Assembly: GCA_027923505.1 (NCBI GenBank)
Contig: BROI01000037.1
Span: forward strand, 62,001-126,000
DNA: 64,000 nt
Direction: 5' to 3'
Origin: Mayamaea pseudoterrestris
Lineage: Eukaryota
The position numbers and the translations under genes were made by a program. A model generated the notes under the pieces. It had not been told where the DNA came from and did not search any database. It saw only the letters and a list, made by a program, of their open reading frames with translations. Shown here piece by piece: positions 21,505-34,317 of this stretch; position 1 is the first letter of the stretch; each line of letters begins with the position of its first letter.

Positions 21505-23542
21505 ATGGACACTTACCTTATTCTTACGCTTCTTATATCCACATATGCATGTTTGACCAATAAGTGGCCGATAATTGCTCTCCTCGTGCGGCGATGTCGG
21601 CCAGTACTGTCTCTTCTCGCCATTCTCGGATGGATCTTTCTACGAATCTTTTTTAACTTTCGACTACCTAGAACGAGTCTACTACACATGGCAGTTGACA
21701 GTCTGGATCATTTGCGTATTACTGTTTCTGAGCTATTTCTGGAGTCGGAAGAACCGTCTGCTGCGTTTTTGGGAAGACGAATCCTTCCGTTCGTCCGGAC
21801 GCTATGCTTGATCATGGAGGATGCCATGGCCTGGATTCTTTTCGGCGCCATTTGCAGAATTGTTTACGTTGTTTACCACTATTCATGGAGTGAATGGTCA
21901 GATCTGGTAGTGCGGGTGCGTATGTGAAATGGAGAGTCGACCATTCCATTGGTCATTCATCAGCCATGTGCCATGTGTGTACTCACAAACTAATTTGATA
22001 ACTAACGATACAATTCACTTCACAGAATTTGTTTGACTGGGCGCGCGAGACTGTGCCTGGAGTCAAGGCGGAGATTGATCGGCAGACAAAAGAGTTTGCG
22101 GCGACAGCGGACCAAGTCCTACACAAGGACCCTCAAAGGGCCTTACTGCTTGAGTTACCTCCAACTGGAAGAGCACGAAAGAAAATTATACATGAGCTGC
22201 AAGAGACGGCAAATAAGGAGAATCAGAAATGGAAGCATGGCAAAGCGTCTGGTATAGTCTACAATGACGATCATGAGCATTCGCAACTGTTGCACGCAGT
22301 CTATCAGGCCTACTCGTCGAGCAATCCCCTACACCCAGGATTTTGGCCGAAACTCAATCAGTGCGAGGCAGAGGTCATTGCAATGACGGCGTCTTTAATG
22401 CACGCGCCAGAACCATTTGGCGCCGTGACTTCTGGTGGGACAGAAAGCATTATTCTTGCCGTTCGTGCGCATCTGGGTTATTATGGTCGCCGGCGTAGCA
22501 TCAAACATCCGGAAATCATTTGCAGTTCCAGTGCACATGCCGCTCTTAACAAGGCTTGCGAAATGTTCAACATTCGGCTCGTTGTCGTTGACTGCAACGA
22601 TAACGCTACCTTTCAATTAAAGCCTCATTTGGTCCGAAAGCGGATCACGTCTAATACTATCATGATTTACTCATCTGCACCGTCCTATCCGCATGGTGTC
22701 ATTGATCCCATAGCTGAGCTGTCAGATATTGCTGTCAAATTTGGCATTGGTTTGCACGTGGATGCTTGCCTAGGTGGGTTTGTGTTAGCATTCTCACCAG
22801 ACGCTCCCTCATTCGACTTCCAACACGTCGGCGTGACGAGCATGAGTGCCGATACGCACAAGTACGGATACTCAGTGAAAGGAACAAGTGTCGTTTTATA
22901 CAGAAACAAAGAGCTCCGACACGCGCAATACTTTTGCTACCCACATTGGACGGGCGGCATGTATGCGACGCCAACAATTGCTGGCAGTCGGCCAGGCGCA
23001 CTGACGGCCTGCGCTTGGGCGTCCATGGTCGCTCTCGGGCGAGAAGGGTTTGAAGCAAGGTCCTCGCGAATTGTAGAAGCATCGCGAGCAATTGCCAAGG
23101 GCATTAGTGGCATTACAGGTCTCAAACTCATGACGCCGTAGCCATTTATGGTTGTCTGTTTTGGTGCGGACGAAATTGATGTATATCGAGTTTATGATGC
23201 CATGGAAGCCAGCGGGTGGACATTAAACTCATTGCAAAATCCTCCATGCGTTCACGTCTGTGTCACATTGCCCATGACGACCAACGTGGCCATTTTTCTG
23301 AAAGACTTGGAGGCGGCGGTGCTGCAAGTCAAAAAGGAGGGAGTGGCAGGCAGATCCAAGGGAACTGCCGGGATTTATGGAGCAGGTAAGTTGGTCGACG
23401 CGGTGGTGTGTGAAAACGGGTATGGCGCAGACGGTTCGAAGCAATAAACTTATCGTTGTCGTTTTTCGCAGTTGGATCATTGCCGGATGGTCCTGTTGAG
23501 TGTGTGCTTCAAACGTTTGTAGACATGACCCTGGCGCCTTAA
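21505..23542 (+). CDS. SPL: Sphingosine-1-phosphate lyase (PLP-dependent) with in-frame TAG at 23139-23141; exons 21505-21915, 22026-23385, 23472-23542
   Basis: SNPLHPG, TSGGTESI, HVDACLGGF, SMSADTHKYGY (PLP lysine), GSRPG; homology continues in the same frame after the TAG (GWTLNSLQNPP, AGIYG); N-terminal hydrophobic segments. Confidence 0.9.
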
Positions 23543-24763
23543 TGCGGTATATGGTTCCATTTTCGGTTGCTTGTGCAGATGCTTCTTCTGTAGAGATATT
23601 ACTAGGTAATCCGCCTTATAGCCGAGTCCGCCTTATATCCCATCACTTCGTTTTAAGCACAAAAATGAGTTGAGCTGATGTTTGCTCCTTGTAGCCTCCG
23701 CCCGCTACTTCTGCTCCAAGCATGCTTACATGCTGCAGAAGGAGTATTTGCATTAGACTAGTGTCCGCACAAAAACCTTTCTTCAACATTATTTATACTT
23801 TGAATACCCGTCTCTATCGCTGACTGCAGCTCCACCAATCGTCTTAGTAATAAGGCGAAGTCAATTCGATCTCCAATCTTGCCAGATCATGACATTAGGG
23901 GCGTACTAGTATCATGCCGCGCTACTATTGCTGCGCAATCGGTTTCACTTAGACAGTCTTCGCATTCCTTACAAACCTGGTCGACTCGCCCTTTGAATCC
24001 GACTCGTCCTACCGTTTGGCAGATCGTCTACCAAGAAGCCCGCATCTCGCACATTCCTAGGGGCGAACGCTCAACGGCATCGCCACACGTCGAGACTACC
24101 GATGATCATCATGCCACGAGAGATTTAAGTTCGTTAGCGGCAACAAGCGGTTAAACTGATACGACTTATGCGGCAAACGATCAAAACCCTGCTGGTACCC
24201 AAGTACTTGTGGTGCGGAGAAGCTTGTCCAGTAGTAACGTTGGCTCGACGGCCTGCCTTGTTCAATCGACCTGAAAACGTGTTCAAGCTTGACGAGATGA
24301 TCGTCGTATTTCCGCATGTTCGACAAAGTCATGAAAGAGCTCATTGCAGCTTTAATATATATGGACTGTAAGCGACGTCTTTATTCGTAGGCGATGATGA
24401 CTTAAGTCTCTATCCGAGAAATATCCAGATGGTTTACGTATGTTGGACCTCCACGTTTGTCTCCGAGAGAGTGTCCACACGAGTCGGAGGACACCAAAAT
24501 GCCTCTTGCCCTTGTCCTTTAAATCCAAGCAAACTGGACAAACGAACAATTTTAATAAAACCAAAGCGCAAGACAATCTCTTTATAAAGGGATATTGTGG
24601 TACAAAAACCCGACAGACCGGATAACAGCTGTTTACCCTGAGCGGTCGGTCTAATTTTATGCCAAATTTTCAAATCTTCCGCAAAGCCTTCAGACAGAGA
24701 ATCAAGGCGTATAGATATGCGGTTTTAGTGCTTAAGTCGTCTGCTGCTAGTGCCTATTATAAA

Positions 24764-26614
24764 TCACTCCGTGCTGCTGATTGTCGTCTGAATACGAACG
24801 ATTTGTCGCTGCAGCTCGTCTAGCAGGTTATTTAGCAAATCGTCTGGAGGAAGATCCGCAACAGCCTGCTGCTTCGAGTCGATGTCATCGTCTAACGCAT
24901 CGCCAACACTGCTGCTTTGTTGCCTCATTCTTCCATTTATGACAAAAGCTACGTGACGGCAGATTGTATCGAGGCCGCGAGGAACAGTTGGATGCAACTG
25001 CAGTATGATGTGGTTTGCTCGCGCCAGCAATGCTGCTGCTAAATTCCAACAGTTTTCAATCTGCTCAATCATATCATTGCTACTTTTCATCCTTGGAACG
25101 AATGTAGATTGTTTGCTTGTGGCCCCCTCACTTGTGGTAACTTCTGCGGCATCGGATCGTAGCATGAAACAAGCTTCGCGATATTCCGCCACATCCATGC
25201 CCCAACGAATCGCGGCACCAATCGCCTTTTCATTAATGCCTGCAGGTCGCCTTCCATTACCATGACTCTCCTGCTCCAGTCCAGACAGCAAATCCCAGAG
25301 AGACTCGGCCGCAAGCTGCGCGCCCCGCCGAGTGCGTGCCGCACACTTGGTCGCCAAATTCCGCTCCGCATCATCGAGCATGCCATTTTCAAACGACTGC
25401 ACAATGGATTGGCGTAATGCGTGCACCCACTTGGTTTGTAGATACCTGGATGGCGCACGAAATACATGCGTTGTGCCCTTGGCAGTGACAATTTCAAAGG
25501 TGTTGGGTGATCGAAGATTACTCGGCAGCTCCGACGAAGAACCTTGTTGTTGCGTTGGCTCCAGCAACAAGGCCCGGGTCAATCGAACTCGCTCATGGCG
25601 CGCATGACCAATCTTGTGGTATATGCGAGTCGCAAAGCAAAAGTAGTCTTCGGTAATGGCGCAGTAAGTACGTCGCCAAACGTTGCCATCTTTGCGCGAC
25701 TGCTTGTCGAGATAGCCAGCAAAACATTCGTCTTGTTTGGAGCCGGCCAATTGATGTGCGGCAAAATGATGATGATAACTGTCTGTTGTTGTTTCACTCG
25801 AGCCCGACCGCGTCAATTGCATTTCATTCGCTGGTTGCAGCCACGAATAGCGCGTCATCATTGCATCACGCAACTCGACTGTCGAGGGACAAACTTGCTG
25901 AATCTTTATAGATTCTTCAGACTCGTCCTCCAAGTCGTCTCCGTCTTGTTCGTCGTCACTGTCTTCTTCCTCCATGGACGTGCAGTACCCATCCAGCTGA
26001 ATGCAGCTTGGCATTCTTGGCAATGTATGATTTGATGCACTTGCCGATGTTTCGTCTAGCAGTGGAACTGATACGAAATACCATCGCATCTTTGGTGAAA
26101 TCATGTTGAATGAAGTTTCATTGGATTTGTGAGTCATTATTTGCTCCTGCTGCAAACCAGTCAAGTGATTTTGCATGCGACCCAATACTTGCAGAGGGTG
26201 CTCGCTGGGGCGCAAGGTGTGTACGACATGAAACGGTTCCGAACGAGACGCCACTACAACCTCTTGACTCGACTCTCCGTGTGATGTATCCACCGCCGCC
26301 GTTGCCATTCGATTCTGATGTTGCTGCTGCCGTGATGATTGCATTTCGTGCTCATACTGCACGTAATTTTTCGGCAGCGAAAAGAGCGTTCCCACCAATA
26401 ATAGACTCCCTTCAAATTCAGAACTGTCCAATTTGAGTGTTTCCAGAAGCAAATCGCAAACATCCTGCGCTCGGGCTTGATCAAATAGCTTGACAAGAAC
26501 GGAGGAAGTCATGAGCTGCTGCTGCTGTTCATTGGCGTCTCCAGCGAGCCACTGCTGCCAGTAGATTCGATGCGGCTCGCCACCTTTTGGAGAAGATGAG
26601 TTAGCAGCAGGCAT
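24764..26614 (-). CDS. PH-domain-containing protein
   Basis: 616-aa ORF; AGYLDKQSRKDGNVWRRTYC...NTFEIVT...HVFRAPS...KWVHALR is a PH-domain pattern. Confidence 0.85.
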   Translation of the reverse strand: MPAANSSSPKGGEPHRIYWQQWLAGDANEQQQQLMTSSVLVKLFDQARAQDVCDLLLETLKLDSSEFEGSLLLVGTLFSLPKNYVQYEHEMQSSRQQQHQNRMATAAVDTSHGESSQEVVVASRSEPFHVVHTLRPSEHPLQVLGRMQNHLTGLQQEQIMTHKSNETSFNMISPKMRWYFVSVPLLDETSASASNHTLPRMPSCIQLDGYCTSMEEEDSDDEQDGDDLEDESEESIKIQQVCPSTVELRDAMMTRYSWLQPANEMQLTRSGSSETTTDSYHHHFAAHQLAGSKQDECFAGYLDKQSRKDGNVWRRTYCAITEDYFCFATRIYHKIGHARHERVRLTRALLLEPTQQQGSSSELPSNLRSPNTFEIVTAKGTTHVFRAPSRYLQTKWVHALRQSIVQSFENGMLDDAERNLATKCAARTRRGAQLAAESLWDLLSGLEQESHGNGRRPAGINEKAIGAAIRWGMDVAEYREACFMLRSDAAEVTTSEGATSKQSTFVPRMKSSNDMIEQIENCWNLAAALLARANHIILQLHPTVPRGLDTICRHVAFVINGRMRQQSSSVGDALDDDIDSKQQAVADLPPDDLLNNLLDELQRQIVRIQTTISSTE

Positions 26615-26909
26615 TTCTATATCATATGGAAACTATGGTAGCTCGTGTAGCATTAACATACTGGTAAGTATTGAAATGATGGACATCAGGGTCCGATGCT
26701 CATCTCTTGGTCTCTCGTCGCCGGCTCTTCATTGCCGGTAGGTCGCAGCGGTTCACGACGACACCGAATCCACATCGACAACAACATCATGATGTGCAAC
26801 TTGCAAGTCGGCGCATCCTAGCCTTTGTCAAACGCTCTGCAAGCAAACTTAAAGGCAGAATACTTTGTTGCTGTACATCGATATATCATCACAATTACCG
26901 AAAACGACG

Positions 26910-28507
26910 ATGAATATGGACTCGCAGATTGCTCGTCGACGAGTCGCCATCTGCACCCCATCTGTTGCGACACTGTTGCTTTTCTCAATGCAAGCATGTC
27001 TCACAAACGGCTGGACTACGCCGCATACACATCAAGCTAAGAGACCAAATTCTCATCTCTATCAGTCATCACCCAAGGAACCATTCCAGCGCCAGCAAGA
27101 GGATACAGCAGCAGGACAATCCATGAGCTCCGACAACGTGATCAATGGCAATGCATCATTCTCTAGCATTATTACTTCTGCAGACTCATCAAAGTCCCAA
27201 CTATTCTCCGCCTTTTCCGCCTTGGACTTGAATGACCAGTACGACGCCGTTTTGACCGGCCTGTGCGCGAACAAAATCTTGGACAATGTGAGCGTTTCGG
27301 CGAGCGAGGCGCTGGAAATCATGAGTGATCCGCTGCAGTTGCTGCAGGAAATGAACCAAAAGAAGATTCGCGCTAGTCCAAGGTCACTCATGGCGATGAT
27401 TGATGTAAGTATATGGATGAGTATGCATTATGCATGTATGTATATAAATGTTGGTGCAGGTATGGCTCTTTCGATAGTCAACTAATTACATTGTTACACA
27501 ATTTTGAATTTCAGTCCGCCGTCAAGACGCAGGATGCCTCCTGCATGCAAAAGGTATTGACATTGGCGAGACGCAATTCCGCTGGCTTGGATCAATATGC
27601 AAGTCTACAAACGGAAATACAGTTGCTTCCGAGCAGTTTGACGCAACGAGTCAAGTGTGCTGACGGCTCGTTCAAAACGCGGAGTGAACGTCTCGAGCAA
27701 GCCGCGTCCATTCCAGACGACGATCGCGAGCAGGAAATATTGAGTGCATTTATTTTTGCTGGTCTATGCGGGGCCTGTATTTTGACGGATGTCTTGTCCA
27801 TGGAGTCGGTTGCGCCATTCGCAAACGTTGCATTGGGGTCTGCCTTGGCGGTTGGTGCAATTGACAATTTTTACGATTTGTTTCAAGGAATTTTGAAATT
27901 TGCACAAAAGGATAACGACAACAAAATGAATCTACCCGACAAGGCAGATCTACCGCTTGGTTTGGGGTCAGGCAAACTGACGGGCAAGGTTGTTGGCGGC
28001 TTGCAGCGGTTGCTTACCGTCGATGCTGAGCGAGAATCGCAGTGCGAGGCGGCAGCCTTGTATGCAGCCTATCACTTGGGATTGGCTTGCTTTGCCTTTC
28101 GACCGAATGCGCTGGAAGGGTCGGCTTTGGTGATTGAATCGACACGAGGCAATAATGAAATTGATTCGCTCGACAACAGTGCCGGGTATTTAAAGCTGCT
28201 GATTTGGTTGTTGGCGCCAGTGTGTGCGGAAAGCATGAAGCATTCGCAACTAATCATGTCTAATCCAAAGGAAGCCACTAGTTTTCTTGATCGGTTGGAA
28301 AAGTACGAGACAGATAATCCCGGATCATTACCGGGAGTTTGGTGGCAGGGCGAGGAAAAGGAACGAGATGACTTGCTCGCATGGGCGTACGCCGAAGCTG
28401 AATACATGTTGCGGCAAAATCGAGGTGCTGTGGAGGAAGTTGCACGGTGCTTGACGGGAGGAGCAGCCACCGTAGGCGACTGCGTCGCTGTTATGGAGCG
28501 GTGGTGA
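26910..28507 (+). CDS. Putative plastid-targeted membrane protein with a degenerate FtsH/M41-peptidase-like C-terminal domain; exons ~26910-27404 and 27515-28507
   Basis: Signal peptide then TNG-W-TTP (ASAF-like bipartite presequence); intron 27405-27514; two hydrophobic segments; C-terminal WAYAEAEYMLRQNRGAVEEVARCL...TVGDCVAVME. Confidence 0.7.
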
Positions 28508-28652
28508 TGACAACTGCCTGCGGATGCTAGATAGTGCTTTCGACGAGTGTCCGGTGGATCAAATCTTTTAACAGCGTCGTTAACATGATCGCTTATATTT
28601 CTGCTTTGATTGATACAAAAAAATTAGTCGAACACAAAGTAAAAAGATTTCA

Positions 28653-31600
28653 TTATTCTGCGTTATCATTCTCGCCCTCCTCACTATAATTCACACTACC
28701 CTCATTTGATTCGTTGACAGTGACTGCGAGCGTTTCAGCACTATCCTCAGTGATCGCCAGCTTTTCAGCACTATCCTCTAGCCGCTCGATACCATCTCGA
28801 CTCATCAAGTGCTGGAGAAGCATCGTGCGTTGCGAGATCGGTAGTTGATTTCGGATCGACATGCGTCGGACAAACGCAGCCGAGCGCTCCAAACCACATC
28901 CCATCTCAATCATGGAATGGGCTAACGCACCAAGCTGAGCAAAGACAACAGCGTGAACTTGAGCAGCAGCGTCAACTCGCTCCATCTGCGTCAAATCATA
29001 CCAGTGTGTCTTGCGATGCTGCAACCACTCACTCGTGCCTGAATTCTGCGACGAGCTCTTATCCTTTTCAAAGTTAGCCATGACGCCGCTGTGCGTCAAA
29101 GACTCTGTAATAAGCTGTCCAAAGGTTGCATCCCAGAAATCTTCTCGCTTCCACAACGGATGATCTCTTAAACGTGTTCTTACGAATTCACGATGGTCCC
29201 GAGACGATCTGTTGCCGTTACCATTGCCGCCCGCCTGCGGATTTTCTGCATCAGCTAGATAAAACGTGGACGCAAGCATAATACACATCTTTGCGTTCGC
29301 AGTACTGCCATCTTCATTACCACATCCGGAAAGGATAGCACGAAAAACGCGACACAGACCGTCAAACTGCATGGCAGACGGTATCTCTGCGTTCGACCCA
29401 CGCTTAGCATTCAGTGCATAACATATTTTTGATCGCTTGGCACGCCCAGATGTACCCATCTCCATAGCCGCTTTGCAAAGAAAATCAATGGACTTATCAA
29501 AATCTGCGCGAGTCTCAGTAGTCTCGCCCGACTCGGCCACATTTGAATCCAAACGCTCATTCGCGTTGACAATGCCGTCTATAGCCGCCTCAATTCTTTC
29601 GGTCGCAGCATCGCTGTCGCCGCTCCCCGCAAGATTGATGTCGGAGTTGGTGGATCGTGAGGATAGTCCCTGGCTGCCTTCAACGTGGCGACTCAAAATT
29701 GCAAGAGCAGCTGCTATTCCTCCATCATCGTCTTCACCCAAATGACTCGAGCCGCCACACTCCTGCTTATCAATTTTTATATATTGATCCAAATCTTTAC
29801 GAGGTTCAATACGGTCGAGCAACTGTTCCACTTCATTAAGACCTTTTAACCGCTCCTCCAATGAAGCCCGTTCTAGTTTAACCAGCGACCGCACACACGA
29901 CGCTTGTGCGTTACAGGCGCTGATCAGATTCGTTTCTGCTGCCACCTTGGCGGAGCGCCGAGTTGTATCCAAGTTGGACAGCATATTCATCAATGCATCG
30001 GCAGCGTCTGCTACAGCCTCGTCCGCTGCCATGGCAGTCGATCTCAACTCGTGTAGGCCAAGTTCGCTCTCGATTTGTTCGCGAGAAGCAATCGGCAACG
30101 AATCCATGCCTTGCGAGGTACCATCAGCGTCATTGCCTGATTGCTCATCGGCATTTTCCTCCTTCGACTTGTCCGTGGGAACCGAAAACGGAGCCGAGGG
30201 TAGATCCATAGGTTCAAAGCTACCATCCTCCATGGATTCAGCAACCTGGGACACAATGGACCAAATCTCTTCCGTCGTTGTGCCCAGTGATCCATCCTTA
30301 CTGTCCGTCTGCCTCTTCTCTTCCTCAACCTTTAGCTTCTCCATGCGTTCCAACTCCTTCGCTCTACTTCGCTCCGTCAATAGGTCCTCAATTCGTGTCG
30401 AAACCCGATGCTCCGCGTCGTAGACCGCTTCCCAACTGCGCTCTGATAAGATTTTTAAACGGTTCAACCGATCCTCCATTCGACGCGCCTGCTGCGACGC
30501 TCCATCCAAAGCCTGCTGCCGCTTCTTGGAGCGTTCCACAAACTGCTGATAGGCGCGTCGAATCGACGGCAAAAAACCTTTGCGCTGCAAGCTTGCCATG
30601 CGCCAACGCTGCGACTCTCCTTCGGCCGTGCGTGAGTAGTAATTCTCCAGAGCCATGACTGCCTGGCATAGCGTCGAGCCAGGATACAACAGCGGCCCGA
30701 CCCGTCCGGGTGTCATGATAAAGTCACTCGCCCTGGGATCAACAATCTCCCAGTCCGAGTCAACCGGGTGCACCTGCGGCGCGTGTCCACCAAGCGATGG
30801 ATGGTTCACACGCAAATTATCGCAGTAAACGCTGGCCTTGGCGGCAAACTCCTTTTGACTCAACACCATGTCTTCACAAAATTGTGTCAAATCGTGTAGC
30901 GATTGTTCCGTCTGCTGAAGCGCTGCCGTCGTGGCTGGAATGGACCATCTGACGTAGACGAAGGACAAGTGAGTTACAAGTTGTTTCACCAGCTACAATA
31001 CCTTCACGGCTTAACATCCAAGACTTACCCTCTGGCACTAAAACCATTCAATGCCTTGTCGCCTTCCGGATGCAAGTCATACCCCATGAATACTGCGGAC
31101 TCGTAGTCATCCTTTCCATTCAGCATCAGTTCAGTAAACATGGACTGGGATGATGATGATGCCGCAGTACCTTCATTAACCACACCTTCGCCAGACTTTG
31201 TTTCAGTGTCTCCCTTGTCGCTGCTACTAGCTAGTTTACTTTGCCGGCGCTTGAGCAGCAAGTTTCTCTGTCGTAAGAACAAGAAGTGTCAAGCATGAGA
31301 CACATCGACTCGCAACAGACCTGAAGAAAGTCAAGAACATCAAAACCCATACCTGATCTTCTCCCTGCGGCACAAGCAGCAAGTCTCCATCCGGCGACAC
31401 CAATACACTACAATCCGCCAATCCACTCGCGCCATCCAGTCGCGCCGGCATGCTCATCATGCGACTGCCTGCGTCGCAGGCCAGCGCATCCGTGGCCTCG
31501 ATGCATCCGTGAAAGCGCGACAGCGGATCGACAAAGTGATCGGGCGTTTCGTCCGTCAAGTGGTGGCTCGTGCGAACGTTGGCCTTGCTGCGAATGGCTT

Positions 31601-31799
31601 GCTTCTCCAAGGCAACCTTGGCGGAGGATGCCAAGCTGTAGGCAACGTCCGTGGCGGATGATGAAGTGGTGGTGCGAAGGTTTGAGTCAGACGAGTCGTG
31701 ATTGTATTGGTAGTTTGGTTGCTGCTGCTGATGGTTGCGGGTTTTGGTGCGGTGGTTGTCCTGGACATCCTTGACGCGCTTCTTCAAGCGATTGAACAT
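28653..31799 (-). CDS. Large coiled-coil protein with C-terminal SBF1/SBF2-like domain; exons 31799-31353, 31267-31029, 30948-28653
   Basis: Two frame-preserving GT-AG introns; HPLWKREDFW...VFAQLGALAHSMIEMG...AFVRRM pattern resembles the SBF2 domain; long helical (BAR-like) middle. Confidence 0.75.
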
Positions 31800-32207
31800 G
31801 GTTCAAGACTCTGAGATGAGAAAAGAGTAAAGGAAAGAGCGATGTAAGAAGAGGATGTGGAGGAGCGAAAACAACGCATGAGCACACGCCAAACCATGGG
31901 TTGCTAGTAAACTTAGCATATAAAACGTTTATGCATACCTTTTCTTTGCACTTGATATCAATAAAAGGTGCCAAGTATAGTAGAAGGAGCTTCAGAATGC
32001 TTCCAACGCTCACTGGCTACATTCTCCCATGGCTGCTGTGATGATGCAAGAGCTGCTGGATCGCGGAGGGGTCACGACGAATGCGAAACCGATGCGACAA
32101 TGTAAACGTGCAACGCGCGCGTTTTGCCACCACGAATCGGACCATGGGAATGGAAGAGACGCAGCAAACGTTGCAGCAAACAGACTCGATTGAACAATAA
32201 TATTAGA

Positions 32208-33819
32208 ATGTCGTTTAACAACAACAGAGGCTACAGTCTTCCCCCGCTGCCTAGTCGTCGAGGTGTGAATGAAGTGATGATTCGATACTTGCCAAAAAGC
32301 TTCTGATGATTTATCGCAGAAACACGAGGGTGCAGACACAGCGAAACGCCGTCCTCACGACTTCTTCTTGTTTACTTTAAAGATGGCGGCAGCAGCAATG
32401 ATAGAAATTGGAACGACGGAGGATACGGGCGAAACGACGAACGAATGAAGGAGGAGGAGGAGGAGGAGGTAACGTTCAGCTTTGCAGGGCACTCACAGAA
32501 GTGCGCTCGCACACAGTGCAATTTTAATATAACTCCCGAGAAGTATCAGCGACGGGTATAATGATCAAATTTATTGACAAATGAGATCTGACCGCTTTGT
32601 TACTTTCTTCTGCTTGGTTAAAAAGCCTCTATTTGACGAGCGCTTTGAAGGAGGAAATCATCGCAGTCTAAATATTACTGACAACGTGACAGCATTGACC
32701 GACGACAATGGCGAACCGGAGCCCGAGCTGGATGAGTTTGGTCGTCTTGTTCCTCGCAACAAGAAGCCTGCCGAGCCAATTGAAAAGCATAAATGGCCGC
32801 CGTGTTTCTGCGACAAGCATGCCACGGAATATGTGTTGGATGCTCGCTCCGGCATGTTTTACCACGCAGGCTGCGAGTTCTTCTACGATCCAAAATCTAA
32901 ACTGTACTATGGCAGCAAGCAGCAACGCTACTTTTCACACTTGGAGAATTCGACATGTCAGTACGTGCCGGTGGAGAATGGCGAACATGGTGCGACTGTA
33001 CAGGCCATGACGGTGGAGCCCGAAGTGATTTTAGATACAAGTGCTCGACCGGTATCGTCTTCGTCAGCATCCACCGCAACGATTTTTATCAATCTAAAGA
33101 CCAAGAAACTGCCAGCCAAGAAGAAGTCGCAGCAGATCAAGCATTCGCGTGACAGTCTTGGAAGCACAGAGACTACTGCTAGTACATCTATTACGTTGGC
33201 GCCGTCAAGCTCGGCGGTTGCCAAGCAGCACTGCGCCAACATTGGAAAGTGGGAAGAGCGACGACAGGAACTGGCAACTACTACCACCGCTGCAGTTCCA
33301 CCTGCTTTAATGACTACGACAACAACCAAGTCTGGCGCGCCTGTCTGTCTCTTGTGCAAGCGAAAGTTTCAGAGTCTGGAGCAGCTTGCGCGACATGAGG
33401 CAGTATCGCAGTTGCACAAGGACAATTTGTTGCTGCACCAAGCCAAGACTGCCGAGTCATTGACGTCAACGGCGAGTGCAACGCAGTACGTTGATCGCGC
33501 CCGGAACCGTCGAGAGTTGCACGGAACTACGACTGACACCAACTCCATGGTTGCGGCTACGATTACCGCTGGCTTAATTGTCGCAAACCATCAGGCAGTT
33601 GGCAGCTCCATACACGATGCAACCGACAACACTGACACTGCATCGTTTGATCCACTTGGTGCGCAAAATGTTGGGCGAAAGATGCTTCAGGGAATGGGTT
33701 GGACGAATGAGGCGGAGGACGACTCGAAGCGGCCGACGCAGCATGGAATTACCAAGGAATGGGATCGTATCGAAAGTAGCATGAATAGAGCGCAAAATCA
33801 ACAGCGTCGGTATCGGTAG
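32208..33819 (+). CDS. RBM5/RBM10-like protein: OCRE domain, C2H2 zinc finger, G-patch; 5' exons uncertain, main exon ~32626-33819
   Basis: YVLDARSGMFYH..FFYDPKSKLYY (OCRE); CLLCKRKFQSLEQLARHEAVSQLHKDNL; NVGRKMLQGMGW (G-patch start). Confidence 0.82.
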
Positions 33820-34317
33820 AGACATTGAGTTGTGTAACATGGATCATATGGCTACTTGTTTTGATTGACATATATTTGCTTGTGTTTTGTCGTTTCGAAT
33901 GTTCCAACCAAAAAATGTCGCGCAGTCTATCTTTTATATTTGGAGAAACGGTATTACAAATGCGCTACTGTAGTTATGATTTCACTAAATTCTTATACAT
34001 TGTACTATATTTACATTGCGACCGTAGCACTGGACCGGATTCGAACACCAGCAGTCGAGTAGCATAAACACGTGCTCAAAGTGGAATGTAAATCGACCAC
34101 CGATCCCAAACTTTGCAATCAACGTAGCTTACGCAATTTTTGATGAATTTGGAACACGGAATGGGATGCATCAGGTGTAGTTGGAGGTTCCTCCACCTGC
34201 CCGATGAAAGTTGCAAACATGAATTACACATTCATGTTGCCTTTCTTTGGCACCACTCGTCGGCGTCCATCAAAAATGACGATCACAGTCCGGTGTAATT
34301 ACAGCTCGGCCTTTTTG

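Noticed and set aside
23139..23141. TAG reassignment or pyrrolysine-type recoding
   Set aside because: TAG terminates other conserved genes in this window at their expected ends
32448..32469. (GAG)n microsatellite
   Set aside because: Short poly-Glu tract within a probable exon; unremarkable
34025..34080. tRNA-like T-loop on the minus strand (GTTCGAATCC)
   Set aside because: Only ~52 nt between putative acceptor halves; no D-arm or anticodon arm can be built
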